From: a virus
Direction: 5' to 3' (one strand)
DNA: 64,000 nucleotides
Virus record (IMG/VR): IMGVR_UViG_3300045988_163643
Location: 133,825-197,824 of that record
Below are positions 9,091-19,963 of the stretch, piece by piece (the first letter of the stretch is position 1; every line of letters begins with the position of its first letter). The notes beneath the pieces are model-generated. The model was given only the letters and a program-made list of their open reading frames with translations. It was not told the origin of the DNA and ran no database searches. The position numbers and the translations under genes were made by a program.

Positions 9091-12000
9091 CATTACAAGA
9101 CCCCGCTCGTATAGGTAATGGGCTAAAATCTATAGCAATTAACCTTTCAGGTATTAAAACAAATGCCAAAACAGGTGCTCTTGAATTAAATAAAACAGCA
9201 AAAGCATTGCAAGAGACTGCTAAAATAGATATATTTACTGATAGTACTAAAACACAAGTTAAAGATATCGTTAGTATAATGGATGAAGTAAAAGATAAAT
9301 GGTCTTCTTTAACTGATGTTGAACAAAAAGGACTATCAGAAGCTATAGCTGGAAAAACCCAAGCCGGTGTATTCCAAGCATTAATGACAGGTTGGGAAAG
9401 AGTTCGTCAATATCAAAAAGAATACAATGAAGGTTGGATGATAGGTTCAGCTCAAAGAGAAAATGAAGTCTTTATGGACTCCATTGCTGGTAAATTTAAT
9501 ACTTTAAAAGAAAATCTTAAAGGATTATTAACTAGCAATGTTACAACAGATATGTTTAAAGGACTATTAGATGGTGCTAATAAAGTAGTAGAAGCAGTAG
9601 GAAAAATAAGTTCAAGCTTAGGTAGCATTGGTTCTGCTGGTGCATTAGTAGGTATTTCATCTTTCATAAAAACTTTATCAAATTTAGATAAAGTTAAAAC
9701 AATGGGAAGTGTATTTACTGGATTTGACAAAGTTTTAGGTGGGTTACAAGGTGCATCTGGTATTTCTGGTACAATTAGTACATTAACAGGTAGCTTTAAA
9801 GAATTAGGTGTTGGTGTAACTTTATCTAAAGTAGCATTAGGATTATTTAAAGGTGTACTAATGGGTATTGCATTTACTGCTGTTGTTGCAGGAATAAGTG
9901 CTTGTGTAAAAGCATGGAACGATTATACTCATGCAACAGAAAACGCAGTAAAGGCTTCTAAAGAAAGACAAGATGGATATAGAGATGAAGCACAAACTTT
10001 AAGTACTAAAAAATCAAGCCTACAAGAAATAGCTAAAGAATATGATAATTTAAATAATAAATCTGATAAAACTGCTGAAGATTTAACTAAATTAAATGAA
10101 TTAAAACAACAAATAGGACAAATAGCTCCTGACCTTGTTAAAGGATATGATTCAGCAGGCAATCCAATATTAAACCTTACTACTAGTATGCAGGGTTATA
10201 TAGCTGAATTAAATAAGGCAATTGCTAAACAACAAGAATTATATAACTATGAAACTAAAAAACAAGCACGAGAATATATGAAGAAAAATGACACTAAAAA
10301 TGGAGCTCAAGACCCAGAAAGAAATTCTTATGAAACTGAATTAAATAATCTTCAAAGTGCAAATGATAGAAAAACTAGAGAAGAAAAAAGATATACTGGT
10401 AGCTTAAAAAATATTATTAAAGATAGAAATAAATATAGAGAAGACCAAGAAAAAAGTATTAATGAAAGATTAGAAAGAATTAGAAATTCACAAACAGAAA
10501 TTAATAATAGAGATGCTACACTTGAAGATAATTATGTTAATGAATTTAATAAGAAAACTAAATTAGCCGAAAAAGAACAAAATAAATTTGCTACCTTTAT
10601 GAAAGGGTTAAATTGGGGTACTTATGGTGAAGCAGAAGCCAATAGAATGGCTAATGGTTTACAAAAATTATCTGAAAAGACAGCATTTACAACTCAAGAG
10701 ATGACAAAAGGATTATCAGGTAGCATGTCAAAAAAAGTTTCAGAAGAAATTTCTAAAGTAAATGCAGAATTCAAAAAAACAAATGCTATAAATGAATGGG
10801 GAAAAGGTTTAAGAAAAATAGCTAATGAAACAGGAAAATTTGATTTTTCAAATTGGAGTAATTACTTATCAGAAGTCCAAACTCGTTTTGAACAAGGAGT
10901 AAGTACTAATGAACAATATACACATTCATTAGGAATTATGGCTGATGCTATGGAAGATTTAACTGGTATAGATTCAGATGTATTCTTACCAGCTTTAAAA
11001 GGTGGAGCAGATTTAGAAGAAGCCTTTAAATCAGCAACTGAAGGTTTAAATGGTTTTATGAGTGCTTATGGTTCTTCTACTGCAAAATTACAACAAGGTG
11101 ATTCATTTGCTAAAAAATTAGAATCTCAATTTAAAGAACTTCAAAATTTTGAAACTGAATTTGAAGGTCAATATGAGATGCAAGGTAAAGTTAGTGTAGA
11201 TTGGTTAGTAGAACAAAAAGATAATGAAGATTTACCTAAACAATTAAGAACAATAATAGATGCAGTAACAAAAGATGGAGAAGTAACAGAAGTAGAAGAA
11301 AAATTAGTATTAGCTTGTGAAACAGAAATAAAAGATAAAGGTAAATTACAACAAAGTACAATAGATGCAATAAATCAAGTAATGGACGGAACTTGGGATG
11401 TAAATAAAACTATTGAAATAGGTGGTATGGAATTTACATCATCTGAAATAAAAGAATTAATGTCATTAGCTGACCAATTAGGTATATCTTTAGAAGGTTT
11501 AAATATTGGTGATACAGGATTAGACGGAGAAAACCAAAAAGCTCAAGCATTAAAAGATACAATAGATTCAATTACAGATAGAAATATAAAAGTAGCAATA
11601 GAAGCTGAAGGATTTGAAAATTCAGACCAAGTTAATAATATAATGTCAGTTGTTGACCAAATAGACGGAAAACAAGCTAAAGTTGATTTTATAGCAGATG
11701 CTTCTCAATATTTTAAGGAAAATGATAGTGTTGAATCAGCAATAAATGCTATGCCTGATGAGATAAAACTTAAATATAATATTGGTGTTGAAGGTGATGA
11801 AAGACTAGAAGGAATACAAAGTAGACTTGAAAAATTACCAAAAGATATTAGAACTATGGTATATGCTCAAACATATGGTGTTGAAAATGTTGAAATGCTA
11901 GAAAACATAGTAGATGCTTTTGGTGGAAAAACTGCAACAGCAATATTACAGTTAGATGGTATAGATGAAGCTCTTAGAAATGCTAGTACATTTGAAGAAC

Positions 12001-15000
12001 AATTAAAAATAATTGGAGATTTTATATGTCAACCTGGAGTAGAAATAGAAGGTAAAGATGACATAATTAAAACAATTGATGAAATATTAAAGAAGTTAAA
12101 AGAAACAGATGGGCAAGAAAGTAATCCTAAAATAAACGTAGAAGGAGATACTTCAGGTGCCGAGAAAGTAAAAAAAGAAGTAGATGAAGTAGGCAATAAA
12201 AAAGGGACAGCTAAAGCTGATGTAGATGGAGATACTTCAGGAGCTGAAAAAGTAGAAAAAGAAGTAGACAATGTAAATGGAAAAAAAGGTACTGCTGAAG
12301 CAAATGTGGATGGCAATACTGAAGGTGCTGAAAAAGTAGAAAAAGAAGTAGACAATGTAAATGGGAAAAAAGGTACTGCTAATGTAGATATTAAAGCAGA
12401 TACCTCTGAAGCTGAAAAAGCTAAAAAAGAAGTAGATAATTTAGCAGTCAACAAAAATGGTACAGTTACTTTATTAGTAAATGGTCAAGAAAAAATAGCT
12501 GAAGCTAAAATTAATAAAGGTCAATTAGAAGTAAATGGTCAAGCAGTTACAACTATTTCTGTTAACGGTAAAGACCAATTACCAATAGCTATTAATGAAA
12601 AAGGTCAATTAGAAGTAAATGGTCAAGCTATAACTAATATAGATGTTAATGGTAAAGACCAATTAACTTTAGCTAGAAATGAAAAAGGTCAATTAGAAGT
12701 AAATGGTCAAGCTATAACTAATATAGATGTTAATGGTAAAGACCAATTAACTTTAGCTAGAAATGAAAAAGGTCAATTAGAAGTAAATGGTCAAGCTATA
12801 ACTAATATAGATGTTAATGGTAAAGAAAAAGTTTCTGAAGCAAAAAAAGAAGTTGATGATTTAACCAAAGATAATAAAAATGTTAGTATTAATATTGATG
12901 TTTCATTAAAAGAAACTGTTGGTGAAATATTATCAAGATTTGGATTAAATAAGAAAACAGAAAATGTTGAAATTAATGTAACATGTAATGATAATGCAAC
13001 TCCAGTATTAGAAAAAATAATGGCAAGACAAGATAAAACTATACAAATAAAAGTAGATTGTCAAGATAATGCAACTTCTAAAATAAACAATATAACTAAA
13101 ATAGGAAATAAAACTGTAACAGTTACAATAAATTGTCAAGATAATGCAACTTCTAAAATAAATAGTATAGCTAGTATGGGTAATAAATCTGTAACAGTTA
13201 CTATAAATTGTCAAGACAACGCAAGTTCTACAATAAATAGAGTTACAAGTGCACCTTCTTCTAAAGCAATAAATGTTGTAGTAACTTGTACAAATGGTGG
13301 AGCAGTTCTTAATACTCTTTCTCAATTAGCTAGTAAAGTAATACCTAGTAAAAAATTTACTATAAATTGTACAGATAGTGCTAGTAGTGTAGTAAGTAGA
13401 GTTAATGGTTTAAAAATATCTGATAAGAAATTTACTATAAATTGTACAGATAATGCAACTGCTAAAATAAATAAGGTTATTAGTAAAAAAATACCAAATA
13501 AATCATTTACTATAAGTTGTAATGATAATGCTAGTGGTAAATTAAGTAGTATTATAAGTAAAATAAGTAATATTCGTAGTAAATCAGTAACAATTACTAC
13601 TAATCATGTAAGTACAGGTAAGAGTTCATCTATTGGTGAACCAACAGTTGTTGATTTACAACCTCAACCATTTAGTGCTCAAGCTTCTAATCCTCAAGTA
13701 CAATCATTAGGAGAACAAGTTCAAGTATTAAATGATAGTGTGCAACAACAAACTGACAATAACAATGAAGTTAGTGTAATGGCTAAGAAGACATATAAAG
13801 CTAATATTGATACAGGTTTAACAGTAAGTGCAGTTAAATATAATATTGATTTATTAACTAACATGACTAATATGCTTAAAAAATTAGGAACTCAAGTTGA
13901 TATATTAAAAGCTAAACAAGAAAGAACTTGGGGTACTGCAAGTGCTAAGTTACTTAGAAATCAAATTTCTTTACTAACTAAACAACAAGATTTAACTAAA
14001 ATAAATATTAAAAACATGGAAGGTATGGCTAAAAAACTTAAAGGTAGTTTACAAAAACAAGGATTTAAGTTTAAAGATGACGGAACAATAAGTAATTACA
14101 ATAGTAAACTTGTAAAAATGCAAAAAAATGTTGAAAGTTTAGAGAAAGCTGAAAAAGCACTAGAAGACCAAATAAGTAAAACTGAAAAACAAATTTCAAA
14201 ATCTGAAAAGAAATCTTCAAGTAAGAAAAAATCAACTAGTAAGAAAAAGAAAAGTACTAGTAAGAAAAAGAGTACGAGCAAAAAGAAGAAAACTTCAAGT
14301 AAAAAGAAATCAACTAAGAAAAAGAGCACTAAGAAGAAAACTACTAAGAAGAAGAGTGCTAGTAGAAGCAATAGAAAAACTACATCAAGTAAAGCTAGTA
14401 AAAAGAAGACTACTAAGAAGAAAAAATCAACTAGTAAGAAAAAGAGTACATCAACTAAGAAGAAGAGTACTAAAAAGAGTACTAAAAAGAAAACTACTTC
14501 TAAGAAGAAATCAACCACTAAGAAGAAGAGTACATCTTCAAGCAAGAAATCAAAAGCAACTAAAGCATTAGAAAAGAAAAAGAGCGGATTAGAAAAGAAA
14601 AAGGATGCAATAAGCAAACAATTAGAAAAAGCACAAAAAGAATTATCAGAAACTCAAAGCAAATTAAATGAATATTATAATTTACAATTTAGTGAAATTC
14701 CTGAAGCTCAACAACAATGGGAAGAATATGCTAATGCAATAGCTGAAGCTAAAGCAGAAATAATTAGATGTGAATTAGAAGCTAAAACATTCTTTAAGAC
14801 AATTAAGATGGAAATGAAAGATGCTATGATTAGCAGAAATGAAACTTGGGCAGATACATTTATGTTGAAGGCTGATTTAAGTAGTTGGTCTAAAGCAATA
14901 GGATATATTAAAGAAGCTAATAAATTATTAGCAAAAAATCAACAACATCAACAATCTAAATTAGAAACAGCTCAAGCAAGAGCGGAAGATAATAAAGCAT

Positions 15001-16578
15001 TTTTAAAGAAACAAGGATTTAAATTTGATAAAAATGGATATGTAACAGGTGCTGAAAAAACTTTACAAAAACTTAAAAAGAAGAAATCATCACAAGAATA
15101 CGATGCTATAAAAGAAGCATTTGATAGTTACGTTGATGATATGTATGAAAATATTCCTAAAGCTGAAAATGAATGGTGGAAATTAGAACAAGAAATAAAA
15201 GAAAATGAAAGACAAATAAAAGAAACTACTAAATCTATGAATGATTTAGTTAATTCAGCTAAAGTAGATAAATTAACTAGACAATTTGATGTACTTTCAA
15301 ATACTTTAGATATATTAGACCTTAAAATGGAACGTGCATATGGAGCTAATAAAATAGACTATATGAAACAACAACTTGATATATTATCTAATATGAAAAG
15401 TAAGAATCAAGAAATCATTAATCAAAATACTGAGTTATTAAATAATAGTAAGAAACAATTAGTTAAATATGGTGTTACATTTGATGAAGATGGTAATATA
15501 GATAATCTATCAAAAGCATTGAAAAAATTAGATAATCTACAAGATATGGAAGATTTAAAAGATTTAGCTGATGAATATAATGATTACAAAGATTCAATAG
15601 ATGATGCTAGTAAATCAATTGAAGAAGAAACTAATAAACAACTTGAATTAAAAGATTCAATGATGGAAATTAGAGAAGAAATGAGAAAACTTAGAGATGA
15701 TGCATGGGTTAAAACTTATGAAAATGGTCTAAAAGTTATTCAAAATCGTATTGATACAATAGATTCTTTATTAGATTTGGAAGATGAAAATCAATTTGGT
15801 TTACTAAATCAAAAAATTGAAGAATATAAGAATTTAACTAAAGCGACTGAGGATAGTTTGGCTTATCAAAAACATAGAAAAATCACTATGCAAAAAACAT
15901 TGATTGATTATGGTTTCACTATTAATGATGATGGTACAATAGATGGAACTGCTAATAAATTAGAACAACTTAAAAATACATTATCTGAAACTGAATTTGG
16001 TATAGTAAGTGATACATTAGAAGATTATTTTGATACTGCTTTAGATACAATTCCTGAATTAGAAAGAGAATTAATAAAATATCAAAAAGATTTAAAAGAT
16101 ATACAAAATACTAAACTAGAAAAGACTAAAACTATTGAAGAAAAAATTACTGAAATATATAATGATGAAATAGATAAAAGAACTAAAAAGATACAAGAAG
16201 AAGCAGAAACACAAACTAAAGCACTTAATAAAGCCAAAGAATCTTATCAGAGATGGAGAGACGAAGTTGACTATAAAGATGATTATAATAAACAATTAAA
16301 AACTGTTGAAGATTTACAAAAGAAAATAGAAATAGCAAAACGTGATGACAGCTTAACTGGACAAAAACGTTTAGCTGATTTGATGAAAGAATTAAAAGAA
16401 GAACAAGAAAATCTTGAAGATTTAGTTCAAGACAAAATAGATTCAGATATAAATAACATGTTTGATGACCAAATAGATAAAATAGAAGAAAATTCTGATG
16501 AAGAAGTTAAGAATTTGGAAAAAACATGGTCAGAAAGCAAAATAGCTGAAATGGTTAAACAAGCACTTGATACTGGAG
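9091..16578 (+). CDS. tail tape measure protein, exon 3 of 5
   Basis: Starts (S)LQDPARIGNGLKSIAINLSGIKTN..., continuing the TMP core. Then a hydrophobic GVGVTLSKVALGLFKGVLMGIAFTAVVAGISA segment, tandem repeats, a K/S/T-rich tract and long coiled coil. The ORF track begins only at internal M 9207. Confidence 0.85.
12135..12450 (+). repeat. in-frame tandem repeat, ~84-nt unit x ~4 (DVDGDTSGAEKVEKEVDNVNGKKGTAEA)
   Basis: Read directly from the DNA and translation of TMP exon 3. Confidence 0.85.
12510..12830 (+). repeat. in-frame tandem repeat, 84-nt unit (NEKGQLEVNGQAITNIDVNGKDQLTLAR)
   Basis: 12594-12677 and 12678-12761 are identical at the DNA level, and a third copy is truncated at about 12827. 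More diverged copies lie upstream. Confidence 0.9.
12960..13610 (+). repeat. in-frame ~75-nt repeat x ~9, one Cys per unit (INCQDNATSKINxIxxxGNKxVTVT)
   Basis: Periodic (I/V)xC(Q/T/N)DNA(T/S)... units in the TMP exon 3 translation. Confidence 0.8.
14205..14560 (+). repeat. low-complexity polybasic K/S/T tract (~120 aa) inside the TMP
   Basis: SKKKSTSKKKKSTSKKKSTSKKKKTSSKKKSTKKK... It also creates the spurious ORFs 14096..14617(-) and 14356..14571(+). Confidence 0.9.
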
Positions 16579-16925
16579 TAAATTAGCTCCTTTTACTAAG
16601 TAATTAGTATTAAAACTCATTGAATTGCTGGAACTTCCTAAAGCTAACTAAACTACAATATGGCTAGAAATGGCGAATATGAATGTGGCGAAAGCAGAAA
16701 AAATTAGTTAGATATTCATATGGTTAAATCCTAAGTGAATGTAAATGGATAATCAGCAGGGAAGTCCCTTTAAAATGGGAAACCTTCAACGACTATATAT
16801 ACTAGTAGTCTAGTTAGTGGTGAGCATCCTTATAGGATGATGATATAGTCTACTCTCATGTGAAAGCATGAGCAGTTCATAAGAGAACGGTATAAGGTTT
16901 AACGAACTTTATATGAATGTTAAGG
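16579..16925 (+). mobile_element. group I intron (347 nt, no ORF)
   Basis: P1 GGAGT/GCTCC, P2 TACTAAGTAATTAGTA, TTGAATTGCTGGAACTTCCTAAAGC, AATCAGCAGG, CAACGACTA ... GATATAGTCTAC, P9 hairpin, and tail TGAATGTTAAGG. Junction +/-1 nt (see the splice-junction finding). Confidence 0.8.
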
Positions 16926-17034
16926 TGTTTACAGATATCGATGGGAATATAAAAACTCTTCAAACAGCATTAATGGATTTTGCTAATGAAAGTTCTGATT
17001 ATTTTGGAGTTATGGGTAATGTTGCCCTAGTCGT
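16926..17034 (+). CDS. tail tape measure protein, exon 4 of 5 (109-nt micro-exon)
   Basis: This is the only open frame: (V)FTDIDGNIKTLQTALMDFANESSDYFGVMGNVALV. The other two frames hit stops. It is bounded by introns on both sides. Confidence 0.7.
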
Positions 17035-17227
17035 AGAGTAATTTGCGACTGAAAATAGATTTAATTGCAGGTAATTCCTAAAGCCTTACACCACAAGTAT
17101 TCTGAAAAGAGATACTGAAGGTACGAAAGTAGAAAAAACGTAAGGATGAATATAAGGTTAAACCCTAAGTATTCGTAATAATGGATGTTCATGCAGGTAA
17201 GATTCTAAATTAAATTATTTTAAATAT

Positions 17228-17256
17228 TTGACTTTTAATAATAAAATGAGTATAAT
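17228..17256 (+). promoter_or_regulatory. sigma-70-type promoter inside the intron
   Basis: TTGACT-N17-TATAAT, in a block nearly identical to 7455-7531. Confidence 0.7.
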
Positions 17257-17278
17257 ATAAGTAAAGCGAGGTGATTAA

Positions 17279-18607
17279 ATGGCAAAAAGAAAAAGATATA
17301 CATATCAAGATGTTAAAAATATTGTTGAAAATGAAAATTATGAATTAATAAGTACAGAAAATGAAATTATTGATGAAAAGGGATTTGTTAAAACATCAAC
17401 TAAAATAACAGTATGGTGTAAAAATGAAAATCATAATTATATAAAACCTCAATTAAGTAAGTTTCTCAAAGGGGGTAGATGTGGAAAGTGCAGAAATGAT
17501 AATAAAAAACTTGATTATAAATATGTAAAAGAATATGTTGAATCATTTGGATATAAATTATTATCAAAAGAGTATAAAAATAATTCAACGGATTTGTTAA
17601 TTGAATGTCCATTAGAACATAAGTTTAAAATGATTTTTAATAATTTTAAAAAAGGACAAAGATGTCCCAAATGTGGTGAAATAAAAAGAAGAGAAAAAAG
17701 AACGATATGGAATAAAGAAAAAATAATTAATTTTGTGAAAAATAGTAATTATGAATTTATCAAATTTGTTAAATTTGACAAATTAAACTCAAGAATATTA
17801 ATAAAATGTAATAATAAAAAACATGAGTCATATGAAGTTACTTTTGCTAATTTTAAAAATGGAAAAAGATGTCCGTACTGTTCTAATCATGTAAAATTTG
17901 ATTATAAATATGTAAAAGAATATATTGAATCATTTGGATACAAGTTATTATCAAAAGAATATAAAAATACAAATGAATATATTTTAATAAAATGCCCTGA
18001 TGAAAATCATAAACCTTATTTAGTTAAATTTTCTTCTTTTAAAAATCAAGAAACTAGATGTCCTTATTGTCAAAATAAAAAAAGAGGATTATATAGAAAG
18101 TTTGATTATAAATATGTAAAAGAATATGTTGAATCATTTGGATATAAATTGTTATCAAAAGAATATAAAAATTGTGATGAAAAACTAAAAATAGAATGTA
18201 ATAAAGGACATATTTATGAAGTATCTTTTTATTGTTTTAAAAATTTAAATACAAGATGTCCTATATGTAATGAGAGCAAGGGAGAAATAAAAATAAGAGA
18301 GATACTTAATAAATATGATATAAAATTTACTCCTCAAAAGAAATATAGTAAATTAATTGGAATTAAAGGCAGACAATTGTCTTATGATTTTTATTTACCT
18401 TTATATAACACATTGATAGAATATCAAGGAGAATATCATGATGGTACGGGATATAATCAAACTAAAGAAAAATTTGAAACCCAAAAAGAACACGATAAAA
18501 GAAAAAGAAATTACGCTAAAGACAATAACATAAAATTATTAGAAATATGGTATTATGATTTTGATAATATAGAAAATATATTAATAAAAGAATTGAATTT
18601 AAAATAA
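17279..18607 (+). CDS. intron-encoded homing endonuclease: 5 tandem Zn-ribbon modules plus Vsr/DUF559-like nuclease
   Basis: Five repeats ending in RCGKC / RCPKC / RCPYC / RCPYC / RCPIC, then GEIKIREIL...LSYDFYLP...IEYQGEYHDG...LEIWYYDFDNIENILIKELNLK. The C-terminal 14 aa match the 7532-8428 protein. Confidence 0.8.
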   Translation: MAKRKRYTYQDVKNIVENENYELISTENEIIDEKGFVKTSTKITVWCKNENHNYIKPQLSKFLKGGRCGKCRNDNKKLDYKYVKEYVESFGYKLLSKEYKNNSTDLLIECPLEHKFKMIFNNFKKGQRCPKCGEIKRREKRTIWNKEKIINFVKNSNYEFIKFVKFDKLNSRILIKCNNKKHESYEVTFANFKNGKRCPYCSNHVKFDYKYVKEYIESFGYKLLSKEYKNTNEYILIKCPDENHKPYLVKFSSFKNQETRCPYCQNKKRGLYRKFDYKYVKEYVESFGYKLLSKEYKNCDEKLKIECNKGHIYEVSFYCFKNLNTRCPICNESKGEIKIREILNKYDIKFTPQKKYSKLIGIKGRQLSYDFYLPLYNTLIEYQGEYHDGTGYNQTKEKFETQKEHDKRKRNYAKDNNIKLLEIWYYDFDNIENILIKELNLK

Positions 18608-18783
18608 TTTAACAAGAATAAACTTCAACGACTAGAACGCAAGTTCGTAGGGTGTAAGCGATTGACACTCGAAAAGGTCTACCCTTAATATTAAGGTGAA
18701 GAAATAGTCTAGTCACTCTAGGAAACTAGGTGCTTAGAATTAACTAAGGTTTATAGTGTAGCGACTATAAATAAATATTAACG

Positions 18784-19093
18784 TGATAGCTTAAAGAAAG
18801 AATTATTAGACAATCTTAATGTAGCATTGGAAACTATGAAAGAACTTCAAAAAATGTCAGATAATTATACAGCTCCTAATATAGATTATAGTAATACGGT
18901 ACTTCCAAAAGATAGTACTATTAATACTTCTCCACAAGTTTCTAGTAATGTTGAAACTAATAATATTACAATTGGAGATACAAATATTACAATTCAAGGT
19001 AGTGCAGATGATGTTACTTTAGGAAAAGTAGATGAAATGTTAAAAGATTACAAAGCAAGTATTTGTAAGGAAATTGTTAAAAATATGAAATAA
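18784..19093 (+). CDS. tail tape measure protein, exon 5 of 5
   Basis: (V)DSLKKELLDNLNVALETMKELQ...ITIGDTNITIQGSADDVTLGKVDEMLKDYKASICKEIVKNMK*. The five exons total 13,170 nt, which is 4,389 codons plus a stop, in frame. Confidence 0.8.
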
Positions 19094-19099
19094 ATTTAC

Positions 19100-19138
19100 G
19101 AAGGAAGGGTTAAAATATAACTCTTCCTTCTTATTTTA
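19100..19138 (+). terminator. rho-independent terminator overlapping the conserved leader element
   Basis: Stem GAAGGAAG / CTTCCTTC followed by TTATTTTA. Confidence 0.6.
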
Positions 19139-19169
19139 TATATGTAAGATAAAAGAAAGGAGAAAGAAT

Positions 19170-19952
19170 ATGGCAAGTAGTTTTTGGAATGGGGAATTTT
19201 ATTTTGATAATGTATATTCTGAAACTTTCAATGTTGTAATAATTGATTTTGATAGTTCGGATAGACTAAAACAAATAGGAAGTACAATTAATATAGAATT
19301 AAATGAAGAAAATACACTTAATGGAAAAAAGAGTTATATTGAAGGAACTCGCACTTCTGAAAATATAATTTTACAATTAATGAAAAAAAATGGTGATATA
19401 TGGAGTGATGGAGATATAATCAATGTATATAATTGGTTATTCCAAAAAGATTTTAAAAAATTCCAAACAGTAGATTATTCTAGTGGATATAATCTATGTT
19501 ATTATTTAAAAGCAGTAAGTTTTTCAAAATTTTTAACTCCTGATTTTAGGGGTTATTTAGAAATAGAATTTATGAGTTATGCTCCTTATTGCTATTCTAT
19601 ACCAACAAACAGACTTAGTTTGAGTGCCAATGGTCAATCAGGTGTTTTATTTAATTATAGTAATCTATATGAAACATATAAACCAAAAATTAAAATAACT
19701 GCTTCAAATAGTGATAATATTAAAATATTAAATAATACAAATGGTACTTTTGTAGAATTAAGTGGATTAAACAGTGGAGAAATAGTTACAGTAGATTGTG
19801 CTATGGGAACTGTAATAAACAGTGGTGGAGCTAATAGATTTGAAACATTAAAAAATTATAATTTATTAGAACTAGATAAAGGAAATAATAATATAACACT
19901 TACTGGAAGTGCAAATATAGAATTTATTTGCGAATTTCCTGTAATTATATAG
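19170..19952 (+). CDS. distal tail protein (Dit, Sipho_tail-like)
   Basis: 260 aa immediately after the TMP. The N-terminus ...FNGEFYFDNVYSETFNVVIIDFD and the size are typical of siphophage Dit. Confidence 0.65.
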   Translation: MASSFWNGEFYFDNVYSETFNVVIIDFDSSDRLKQIGSTINIELNEENTLNGKKSYIEGTRTSENIILQLMKKNGDIWSDGDIINVYNWLFQKDFKKFQTVDYSSGYNLCYYLKAVSFSKFLTPDFRGYLEIEFMSYAPYCYSIPTNRLSLSANGQSGVLFNYSNLYETYKPKIKITASNSDNIKILNNTNGTFVELSGLNSGEIVTVDCAMGTVINSGGANRFETLKNYNLLELDKGNNNITLTGSANIEFICEFPVII

Positions 19953-19963
19953 TAGGTGATTAA

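Larger units (their letters stand above)
17035..18783 (+). mobile_element. group I intron (1,749 nt) carrying a homing endonuclease gene
   Basis: 6-bp P1 AGTCGT/GCGACT with U.G at 17034, TTAATTGCAGGTAATTCCTAAAGCC core (same subtype as the intron at 48733), CAACGACTA ... GAAATAGTC, and terminal G 18783. The junction is in frame (ALV-V-DSLKKELL). Confidence 0.85.

Noticed and set aside
12135-13610. Regularly spaced direct repeats that could be mistaken for a CRISPR array
   Set aside because: The repeats are contiguous (no spacers), in frame inside one long ORF, and translate to periodic protein units. No cas genes are present.
14096-14617. 173-aa minus-strand ORF and 71-aa alternative-frame + ORF (14356..14571)
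   Set aside because: Both are artefacts of the AAG/AAA/AGT-rich polybasic tract of the TMP and are low-complexity F/L or K/R strings. The same applies to the other antisense ORFs in the track within large genes, e.g. 12029..12454, 13008..13325, 5650..6024, 40488..40769 and 62016..62264.
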